Assembly: GCA_951406725.2 (NCBI GenBank)
Contig: OX597818.1
Location: 3,720,001 to 3,784,000 of the forward strand
Direction: 5' to 3'
Length of the DNA stretch: 64,000 nt
From: Octopus vulgaris
Taxonomy: Eukaryota
Below the pieces are notes generated by a model. It ran no database searches and was not told the origin of the DNA. It worked only from the letters and a program-made list of their open reading frames with translations. Positions 11,758-22,089 of the stretch are shown here, one piece after another; positions within the stretch are counted from its first letter, which is position 1; the number at the start of each line of letters is the position of its first letter. The position numbers were made by a program, and so were the translations under genes.

Positions 11758-14469
11758 ATGAGAGGGGAAATATCAATATTAAATGAACTAATATGTGGAA
11801 ATGATGTAAGATCCAGAACAGGAAGAAAGATGAAGAGAAAATTTGGATCCTCACCAAGAGAAGAACTGATATCAATAAAAGAAACGCTGAAACAAAAAGT
11901 CCAAGCAAAAGCCCAAAGAATACGAAGATTTGAGAAGAGAAACAAGTTTTACAAGCAAAATAAGCTGTTCACATCCAATGCCAAAAAATTCTACAGAGAA
12001 ATAGGGAAGGAGAAAGTAACCGTTAAAGACCCCCCTCCCATGGAAGAAGTTCAAAACTTTTGGAAAAGGATTTGGAGTGACAAGAAGACGTACAACATAA
12101 ATGCAGACTGGATTATACAAACTGAAGGATCCTACCAAAATTTACAACAACAAGCATGGGAAGACATCACAATAGCAGACCTAAGAAAGGCACTCACGAA
12201 GGCCCATAATTGGAAATCCCCCGGTAAAGATAGGATGCCGAATTTCTGGCTCGCATCGCTCCCATGCGCACACGGTAAGCTAGTTCAACTGCTTAATGGA
12301 ATTATGAGAGACCCAAAGAAAACACCTGAATGGTTAGCAAGTGGCATTACTTACCTACTCCCAAAGAATAACGAAACCAACCTTCCAAAAAACTATCGGC
12401 CTATAACCTGTCTATCCACCACGTATAAAATCCTAACATCTATCCTGGCGGAGAAAACATATGCATTCATGGAGAAGAACGATATTTTCCCCATTGAACA
12501 AAAAGGGTGCCGCCGAGGCTCTTACGGATGCAAAGATCAACTGCTAATCAATCGTATGATCCTTGAGAACTGTCACAACAAGCGCAGAAATCTCAGCACC
12601 GCATGGATTGACTACAAAAAAGCCTTCGACAGTATACCGCATCCATGGATCTTGAGATCGCTGGACATCTTCAAAATTTCCCCTGTGATTTCAAACTTCC
12701 TGAAGCACAATATGTCGTTGTGGAATACGAATCTCCAATTATACCACTCTAATGGAGTACTTGCCTCAGAAAATATAAACATCAACTGTGGAATTTTTCA
12801 AGGTGACTCACTTTCACCTTTAATATTCTGCATAGCGCTAATACCCCTTCCAAGTGAATTAAACAGAACAGGGTATGGGTATAAAATTGCCAATAAAAAA
12901 ATAAGCCATCTATTTTATATGGATGACTTAAAACTTTATGGTAAAGACAATAATGAACTTGAAGGCCTATTGCGCACCGTGAAAGCATTCAGCGATGATA
13001 TCGGGATGGAGTTTGGACTTGAGAAGTGTGCCAAGGCCACTTTCCAGAAAGGGAAAGTGAAGACCACAAATTCAGTCGTGTTAGATGTTGACACAGTCAT
13101 AAGAGAGCTTGAGCAAGAACAAACATACAAATATTTAGGGATAAATGAAGGCGCTGGTATTCAGCATGCAAGCATGAAAGAGAAAATCAGGAAGGAATGT
13201 TATAGGAGAGTTCGTGCAGTCCTGAAATCTGAACTAAATGCACGTAACAAGGTGTTAGCTATAAATTCCTTAGCAGTTCCAGTTGTTACTTATAGCTACA
13301 ATGTGTTGAACTGGAATATGAGTGAAGTAAAGAATATAGATAGAAAAATACGCAAGCTGCTGAGTTGTAATAGGATGCACCACCCAAAGGCAGACGTAGA
13401 TCGCCTTTACCTTCCCAGAGCCCAAGGAGGTCGAGGCCTGATCCAATTTGAACTAGCTTACAAAACAACCACAATTGGACTGGCCAAATATCTCGAAATA
13501 TCGAATGACTGGATGCTAAAGCTCGTGGAAAATCACGAGAGACGAAAGAAGCTTCATTCTATCATAAAGGAAAGCAAAAAATTTGCTATTGATCTCGTGC
13601 AGGATACCCAAACTGAACAACCCGAGGGAAGTACGGCAACTATTGTTGCAAAGAAGGTGAAAATGATGGCAATGAAGAAAGCGCACGAGCAATTGGCTGA
13701 TAGGTGGGAGGAGAAACCTCTGCACGGCAAATATGTGACCCGCAGCAAACAAACTGATGTTGACCAGAAGCAAACCCATCAGTGGCTACGGAGCTCAGGG
13801 CTAAAAGCAGAGAGCGAAGGTTTCATCCTGGCTGCTCAAGATCAAAGCCTATTAACCCGGAACTACCAGGCCAATGTGAGGAAAAATGGAGCAGACCCAA
13901 AATGCCGATTCTGCAACGACATGATTGAAACAGTGGACCACCTAATCTCTGGATGTAAAGTCTTAGCACCAGTGGAGTATAAATTAAGACATGACAGAGT
14001 TGGCCAATATCTCCACTGGCTAATAAGTCGGCATTACAATATCAAAACTGCCGACAAGTGGTATAATCACCACCCTGAGGCTGTAACTGAAGGAGAAAAT
14101 GTAACGATTCTGTGGGACTTTCCAGTACATACAGACCGAACCATCAAGGCCAATAAACCAGATTTTGTTGTGAAAGACCAAAACAATAAAGTTTGCTTAT
14201 TGATCGACATGAGCATCCCCTGTGATCATAATATCTCAGCGAAAGAGTTTGACAAGCTCAAAAAATATAAAGACCTACTCATTGAAATTGAGAAAATGTG
14301 TCATCTCAAGGCGGTTACAATACCAGTGATCGTAGGAGCACTAGGAATGATCAAGAAGGGAACCGAAAATTATATGAGAATGATCCCTGGCTTACCATCC
14401 CTGCAAGAAGTGCAAAAGATTGTCTTAACTGGTACATCACACGTATTGAGGAGAGCATTGTCGATGTGA
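11758..14469 (+). CDS. Reverse transcriptase + CCHC zinc knuckle + restriction-like endonuclease (903 aa)
   Basis: [66 protein letters not shown]. Confidence 0.96.
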   Translation: MRGEISILNELICGNDVRSRTGRKMKRKFGSSPREELISIKETLKQKVQAKAQRIRRFEKRNKFYKQNKLFTSNAKKFYREIGKEKVTVKDPPPMEEVQNFWKRIWSDKKTYNINADWIIQTEGSYQNLQQQAWEDITIADLRKALTKAHNWKSPGKDRMPNFWLASLPCAHGKLVQLLNGIMRDPKKTPEWLASGITYLLPKNNETNLPKNYRPITCLSTTYKILTSILAEKTYAFMEKNDIFPIEQKGCRRGSYGCKDQLLINRMILENCHNKRRNLSTAWIDYKKAFDSIPHPWILRSLDIFKISPVISNFLKHNMSLWNTNLQLYHSNGVLASENININCGIFQGDSLSPLIFCIALIPLPSELNRTGYGYKIANKKISHLFYMDDLKLYGKDNNELEGLLRTVKAFSDDIGMEFGLEKCAKATFQKGKVKTTNSVVLDVDTVIRELEQEQTYKYLGINEGAGIQHASMKEKIRKECYRRVRAVLKSELNARNKVLAINSLAVPVVTYSYNVLNWNMSEVKNIDRKIRKLLSCNRMHHPKADVDRLYLPRAQGGRGLIQFELAYKTTTIGLAKYLEISNDWMLKLVENHERRKKLHSIIKESKKFAIDLVQDTQTEQPEGSTATIVAKKVKMMAMKKAHEQLADRWEEKPLHGKYVTRSKQTDVDQKQTHQWLRSSGLKAESEGFILAAQDQSLLTRNYQANVRKNGADPKCRFCNDMIETVDHLISGCKVLAPVEYKLRHDRVGQYLHWLISRHYNIKTADKWYNHHPEAVTEGENVTILWDFPVHTDRTIKANKPDFVVKDQNNKVCLLIDMSIPCDHNISAKEFDKLKKYKDLLIEIEKMCHLKAVTIPVIVGALGMIKKGTENYMRMIPGLPSLQEVQKIVLTGTSHVLRRALSM

Positions 14470-14643
14470 GAACTGTTGATGCTCATGTATTTTAATTTAA
14501 CTTTAAAAAAAAAAAAAAAAAAATGAACGAACTACTGAGTTTGGTTTAATGGCCTACCAATGTATGCTATGAGTTTCTTTGCCCTAGGAGTCGGGAAGAC
14601 ACTCGGCAAGAAATGGAAGCAAATTTGAAAGAAGAAAAAAAAA

Positions 14644-14744
<101 letters not shown>

Positions 14745-14767
14745 AAGAAGAAGAAGAAGAAAGAATA

Positions 14768-16060
14768 ACTAGCAGAGATACCCGGCGTTGCCCGTGTTAC
14801 ATGCAATTTAAGAATTAGACTTTTCTGTTATATTTTCTGTAATGAACTGGAATATCTATGTTTCGAATTTCATCAAAATTGCAGATGAGGGTTATTTCCC
14901 TCTTTACACACACCCCAAAAATTGTAATCGTGCCACATGTATCCCATACTACTGATTTTTATGCGCATATTCCAAAATTCCAGTCTTATTGAACCTGCTA
15001 AAAAGATTTTGCTCCTAAAAAATGAAGGTCATGGAGCTCTAAAATGTGAGAGTTAAGGCCCCTATAGGAGGTGGGTGTCTTAATACCAAACAGAGAAGTT
15101 GAATTGTTGAGAATCTTTTTAACTTGGGTCTTATATCTATTGTTTGAATTTCTTTGAAATAGGAAATATATGTTCACTGTGTTTGTAAAAGAGAGCAAAG
15201 CTACAGGAAACCAAAAGACGAATGATCACAATAAGCAGACAGCTACCCTACCCTAGTCGTTACCACTCCCAATGTAGGATTCCTCACCATCCAGGTGACA
15301 GGCACAGCATTACGAATGTAAAGCAATTAGAAGGGCATGACCCAACTGAAATAAACATTAACAACTGTGTGACTTGAGGGCTAAGGAGAAATGAATGTGT
15401 CACCTCTGGAGTTTGCAAATGACCACTATACTGATATGTAACTGGACAGAATAAATTTACAATCTATAAATGTCTTTGAATAACCAGTCACTCATCTGGG
15501 AAGGCCTTGAAATCAATGTTACCATGTGGGGACTATGTGTGACCCAGTGATGATAAAAAGACTGAAAGGAGATCTGCAATCAGATAACTTTACTCAACAC
15601 TTTGCATCTGAATCTGTGGAGGCAAAGATGCCTCTCATTTACTTGACAATTTATGCATCACACTGCAGAAATCAGAATCTATGTATATGTCAAAGCAAAC
15701 TCTTACACTGGTGTAATATTGAATTACAAATAATGCTCATCTTTTATGCTTCGGTAACCCTACAGCTTCCAAGAGTATAACTGTATTCGTCTTTGTTTAG
15801 ATAAAATGACTCAATTGTGGTTCCCCATGAAGGGGTCTTTGTAACTTGTAAGAAAATGAAATTTTCTAAATATTACTTCATTTGTGTGTAATATCTATGG
15901 TTAAAATTTCATCAACAGCAAAAATATATGAATTGTCATGGCCCTTATGCATAGAATATAATTTCCAAATTTCATAAAGATCCATTCAGTACTTTTGACC
16001 TAGTTTTGGATCATAACAGAAATGACTAAAATTTGGGAGTTAAGGCCCCCATTAGGGTGT
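14768..16060 (+). mobile_element. Possible non-autonomous Helitron/Helentron-like element
   Basis: Begins actagcagagatacccggcgttgcccg, resembling the terminal motif of non-autonomous rolling-circle elements; gagttaaggcccc occurs at ~15050 and ~16038. Confidence 0.4.
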
Positions 16061-16123
16061 TATATATATATATATATATATATATAACACCCTAATGGGG
16101 GCCTTAACTCACAAATTTTAGTC

Positions 16124-16174
<51 letters not shown>

Positions 16175-16432
16175 GCAAAGATAAATTGATAGATACAACT
16201 GAGTGGGCAAATAAAAAATATGAGACAGCCTAGTGCTTTTTTATGTTGATAAACCTGGTATTTATTCCATTAGTTTGTTCTTGTGAAACCAGTAAGTTAT
16301 GTGGATGTAAATAAATGAACAGCAGTTGTGAAGCAGTGATGAGGGAGAAACACAGAGACAAAGACACACACATACACTTACATATATATATGATTGATTT
16401 GTTTCAGTTCCTGTCTACGAAATCCATATATA

Positions 16433-19115
16433 TTGTTGTTGGCATCCTTCTTGTCTCAGGAGACAATGGAGTTGAGCATTAAATAATCTAGTCAGGCTTT
16501 TACATTTCATGTCCTAATACATCTCTTGCTGTGGCTGTGTGGTCCTATCCTGGACAAACACTCCCTCTGGCAGGTGCCGCAAATGTAGCGAAGACTTTGC
16601 CTGGCTGGTTGTAATGTCATAGTTTCTTGTTGACGTCTTTCTTGTCTTTCCATTTCTCCTCTCTCTCTATGTCACTCCTTTGTGTTCCCTCTTTTACGGT
16701 ACGTCGCCAATCTCCACGGTTGCTGGCAACTGCTTCCCAGTTGGTAATATTAATTAATGTTGCAGGCATTCATGTCCCTTTTGCAAACATCCTTGTATCG
16801 TAAGAACGGTCTTCCAACAGACCTAGTGCCCCGAGCAAGCTCTCCGTAGAGTATGTCCTTGGGGATTCTGCCATCTTCCATACGGCTAACATGTCCAAGC
16901 CATCTCATACGTCTTTGTGTGAGGAGTGCAAACATGCTTGGTATTCCTGCTTGCTTGAGGACATCTTTGGTGGGGACATGATTCTGCCATTTGATGCGAA
17001 AGATTTTCCGGAGGCAGCGCAGGTGAAAGATATTTAGGCGACGCTCTTGGCATGTGTATGGCGTCCAAGTCTCACTTCCATATAGAAGAGTGCTAAGTAC
17101 ACATGCCTGGTAAATCTTCATTTTTATGGTCTTGGTCAGCTTATTGTTGTCCCATGCCCGTTTGGAGAGTTGGACCATCACAGCAGTTACCTTGCCAATG
17201 CGTATATTGAGCTCAGCGTCAAGGGATAGGTTGTAGATGACGGTAGAGCCAAGATAGGTAAACTTCTCCACCTCCTGTAGTCTGTGGTCTCCAATATATA
17301 TGTTTGGGATGTCCGATGTAGCCTGACCCATGATGTTGGTCTTCTTGAGGTTGATAACTAAACCAAAGTCGCTACATGCTTGTTCAAAACAGTTGATAAG
17401 CCTTTGTAGGGCTTCTTCTGTGTGTGATACCAGAGCGGCATCATCAGCAAATAGCATCTCCTTGATCAGAGCGCTTCTGATGTTGGTCTTGGCACGCAGA
17501 CGCGAGAGATTGAACAGTTTCCCGTCACTTCTACTGTGCAGAAACACTCCATCATCTGATGTCTGAAAGGCATGTGAGAGCAGCAGCGAGAAGATGCCAA
17601 ATAATGTAGGAGCAAGGACACAACCTTTCTTTACCTCGTTTTTTTATTTGGAAGGCGGCTGATGTTGAACCATTGTGCTGTATGGTGCCTTGCATATCAT
17701 CATGGAAAGATTTGATGATCCTCAGCAGCTTTGGTGGACATACGATTTTTTGGAGCAGGATGAAGAGGCTTTTTCTACTTACCAAGTCAAAGGCCTTTGT
17801 CAGATCAATGAAAGCTATATATAATGGCATTTTCTGCTCTCTGGACTTCTCCTGAAGTATGAAGAATATCATGTCAATAGTTGATCTGCTTCTTCTAAAG
17901 TCACACTGCGATTCTGGATGAATTCGAGAAGCAAGCAGTTGTAACCTGGATAGGATAACGCGAGCAAAGGTCTTTCTAACAGTACTTAGAAGAGCTATTC
18001 CACGGTAATTGTTACAATCACCACGGTCAACTTTGTTTTTGTAACGTTAGCATCCCGCATATCCTGAGGGACTGTACCCTCTTCCCAGCACTGACACAGA
18101 AGCTCATGAAGGTGCCGAAGCAGAATTGTGTTTTTGCCGGTTTTGATGTCTTTTCCCGGAGCCTTGTTACTTGCTAGGGAGTCAATAGCGTTGGAGAGCT
18201 CTGCTATAGATGGCAGACTGTCAAATTCGCACATGACTGGCAAGATCTTGACACCCTCGATTGCAGCCTCAGCTACCGTGGTCTCCCGTGAGTAGAGATT
18301 CTGGTAGTACTCCACCCATCTATCCATTTGCTTGCTTTGGTCCTTGATGAGATCTTCAGTAGTTGATTTCAGAGGGTCTGACTTGGTTGCGGATGGACCG
18401 AGGGCCTTCTTCAAACCGGCATACATCCCACGGGTGTCGCCACTGTCAGCAGCTGACTGGATACTCTGACAGATTTCCTGCCAATACCTATTTGCACAGC
18501 GTCTGGCTGTCAGTTGGGTTTTATTTCTTGTCTTTCTGAGTTCTTCGAGTGACTTTGTAGAAGTATCACTCTTGTATTGCATCAGAGCTGCACGCTTTGC
18601 TTCGATAACTGTTTCCAGCTCTGAGAGCCCAGCACTGAACCAATCTGGGTTTTGCCTTTCTCTCATGCCAAAAGTATCTATTGAGTTGGTATAGAAAGCT
18701 TCCCTGATATAATTCCACCTACTTTCTGCAGAGGAGGTTCGGCAGCTACTGAGGGCAACATTCATAGAAACAGCAAAGCATTTTCGCAGTGTAGGGTCTG
18801 AGGTTCTGGCAGTGTTAATGCGTGATCGGCCCATTTTCTTGGAGTGATGGACTTTTTTAGGCAGAATCCTCATCCTGCTTATTAGTGAATGATCTGTGTC
18901 ACAATCCGCGATGTGGTAACTACGGGTCAGTTGAACAGAATTCAGAAAGGATCTTCGTATAATGATGAAATCCAGCTGATGCCAGTGGTGAGATCTTGGA
19001 TGTCTCCAAGATGCTTTGTGGGATGTCTTGTTGGCAAAGAATGTGTTGGTGGTGCACAGGTATGTACAAAATCCAAGTAGTCTCTGACCATTGTCATTCA
19101 TGTTGCCAATACCAA
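16433..19115 (-). mobile_element. 5'-truncated RTE-clade LINE (APE C-terminus + RT), frameshifted
   Basis: SWRHPRSHHWHQLDF..DCDTDHSL, AFIDLTKAFDLVSR, LFADDAAL, FTYLGS, LLYGSETW, RWLGHVSRM; (CAA)n-like tail; flanking direct repeat. Confidence 0.93.
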
Positions 19116-19718
19116 AACACATACACTTACATATATACATACCTATATATACGATTGATTTGTTTCAGTTCCTGTCCACAAAATCCATATATATATATAT
19201 ATTAATAAATAAAACATATGCATATATACATACATATATGTACGTACCTACCTCTACATGTATATATACATGCATATATGGGTACAGGACACAAAAAAAA
19301 ACGTCGAACACAATGAGAAACGAAAACATAAACACAAAACCAAGGAACTGGACATTTTTCTTAAACAACGAAAAAATAGAGTACAGGACAAATAACACAA
19401 TGAAAATACCCCTTCGCCATGGTTTCATCTACTCTGCGTTTCGAAGGTGAAGGCGATACGCATCTTCGATTGAAACTTTCCTTCCAGTGAAAAAAAAATT
19501 AAATAAAATTTGAGATCTTTTTGCGGAGGGGTAAAAATGGTAACAAAAACAGGACAGTAACGACAGTACAAAATATAAACAGTAAAAGGAACCCAGGTCA
19601 GAAAGACAGTAGCAGAGCTCTCGTCGCGGATCAACGACGGGAGGGAAGAGGAGGAGTAAGAGAAAGGGAGAGAAAAAAAGGGAATGGTTGTAGAGAAAAC
19701 CAGAAAGAATGAAGAATG

Positions 19719-19751
<33 letters not shown>

Positions 19752-19856
19752 AGATAGTAAGGTAGAAGAAAAAGAAAACCCGAAAGAATGGAGGCAGAGA
19801 AAGTGAGGGGGACAGAAAGGTTAAGAGTGCGCATCATTATTAATATTAAGAACAAT

Positions 19857-19940
<84 letters not shown>

Positions 19941-20049
19941 CATGCATGTATGTATGTATACACACACACACAAAGATAAATTGATAGATACAACTGAGTG
20001 GGCAAACAAAAATATGAGACACTGCGTAGTACTTTTTTTATATTTTGAT

Positions 20050-20340
20050 AAGCCTAGTACTTATTCTATCAGTATCTTCTTGTGAAACCAGTAAGTTATG
20101 GGGATGTAATAAATAAACGAACACCAGCTGTGAAGCAGTGATGAGGGAGAAACACAAAGACACACACATAGACTTACATATACAAATGATTTCTTTCAGT
20201 TTCTGTCTACAAAACCCACTGACAAGGCTTTGGTTGGTCTGAGGCTATAGCAGAAGACACATGCCAAGTTACCACACAGTGGGTCTGAACTGAGAACCAT
20301 GTGTTTTGGAACAAAGTTTGTTACCACACGGCCACACCTG
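20050..20340 (-). mobile_element. tRNA-derived SINE (same family as 41473-41885)
   Basis: Reverse complement has gtggccgtgtggtaac (A box) and gttcagaccc (B box), then the same body as 41473. Confidence 0.75.
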
Positions 20341-20427
20341 CACCTATGTATGTGTGTGTGTGGGGTGGGGGTATGTGTGTATGAGTGTATATATGTTTGC
20401 ATGTATATATGTGTACATATTACATAT

Positions 20428-20514
<87 letters not shown>

Positions 20515-20831
20515 TAGACAGACATGTATGCATATACATGTATATCTATAGAAATACATATATACATATACATGTATACATATACAGCTATACATATACA
20601 TGTATACATATACATCTATATATATATACATGTGTATATATATACGTTTATTTGTGGTGTCCTGTACTCATATATGAGTACAGGACACCACAAAAACGAA
20701 AACATAAAATCAAACAAGGAAACGAAAAAACAGAGTACAAAACAAACAATACAAGGAATATTCCCCTTATATATATATATATATATATATATACATCCAT
20801 ATGTATACATCTATATGTATACATCTATATG

Positions 20832-20894
<63 letters not shown>

Positions 20895-20902
<8 letters not shown>

Positions 20903-21336
20903 TCAATATAGGGTGGCAAGGAAAATTTTGTAGAATTTTTTGCCACCAGCGCCCAGTGGGAAAAAATTAAATAGTCATAGACCATTTTTAAGTTCAACAT
21001 TAACAATTAAGGAACGGCCATAATAGGCCATTCACCCACTAGAAATAACAGCCAAAGCTTCTACCGATTGGGTATGCCTCGTGTAAATATCTGTTCCGAC
21101 TTGAGCTATTTCTTGCTGAAGAATCTGAGGGCTTATGGAAGATTGGCTTGATTTAATTTAATCAGGTTAGTTTACCATTAAACAGCAGATGAAACGGTAT
21201 ACCGTACAAGAAATTACAGGGTAAATGTTTTTTAATTTTCTCCTGTTTACGGAATTGATCTTTATTTGCGGTAGAAGCTTTGGCTGTTATTTCTAGTGGG
21301 TGAATGGCCTATTATGGCCGTTCCTTAATTGTTAAT
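20895..21336 (+). mobile_element. (TA)n-embedded mini-element with 68-bp inverted repeats enclosing a hammerhead ribozyme (Penelope-like)
   Basis: 20999-21066 is the reverse complement of 21269-21336; hammerhead lies in the spacer. Confidence 0.75.
21108..21214 (+). ncRNA. Type I hammerhead ribozyme, intact core
   Basis: Stem I ATTTCTTG/CAAGAAAT; CTGAAGA; stem II ATCTG/CAGAT with long loop; GAAA; palindromic stem III ACGGTATACCGT; GUA cut after 21206. Confidence 0.85.
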
Positions 21337-21359
21337 ATATATATATATATATATATATA

Positions 21360-21751
21360 CACTTGCGTCAGAAATTAATTAGCACTTCTCAAATTTCTAC
21401 ATTAAATAGGTTAAATCAATTAACCTATGAGCTGTTCAAAACGTCTTACGCGATGAGAAAACTTAGTATGGTGTGATTTCGGTCCTTGCGAGGCGCTACC
21501 TATATCTATTAAACAAAGGAAGATTTGTCTGCATCCGCACTCCAATTTGTTGCACTCCAATTTGTTGCACTCCTATGTCAACATCATAAGGCTGTAGACT
21601 CTCAAACTGCTCTGCAAACAAAGTTACGTCATCGTTCTGCGCAACAGTGAACTCGCAACAAAGCAATAGTTCGAGATATGGCCACTAGGTGACAGCACAT
21701 ACCTTGAGTGAAGAGCAAATCAAGGGTGCTAATTAATTTCTGACGGTAGTG
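21360..21751. mobile_element. Tc1/mariner-type MITE
   Basis: 26-bp TIRs cacttgcgtcagaaattaattagcac / gtgctaattaatttctgacggtagtg (2 mismatches); TA-flanked. Confidence 0.85.
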
Positions 21752-21752
21752 T

Positions 21753-21783
<31 letters not shown>

Positions 21784-22089
21784 AATTTAAATTTAAAATA
21801 ATAAGGGTGAGAAATTGAATATTAATTTGATTAATATGAATTGAAAACTAGTGCTGTAGCATATAAGACCATAGTGGATCTTCTAGCAAAATGGGTGTCC
21901 ACTGTTAATGGGTCATCTCTTTATATAATAGTTTGACTTTCAGTATTAAAGTGAAAGTATCTGACATTACAATAGAGAGATGTTTTTGTTTCACTTTTAA
22001 CACATAATACTGAAATAGTGGAGAAGATATGATATTACTGTGGGCTCGCCCTAGTCAAGAAGTTAAACTTTTTTTTTTTGGCCCATGAC

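Noticed and set aside
19405-19450. Minus-strand ccttc-GAAA-cgcagag-TA resembling half a hammerhead
   Set aside because: No CUGANGA box in this copy.
19631-20933. YI/CV/HT-repeat ORFs (also near 34-35, 39, 42, 44 and 51-52 kb)
   Set aside because: Translations of (TA)n/(CA)n dinucleotide repeats.
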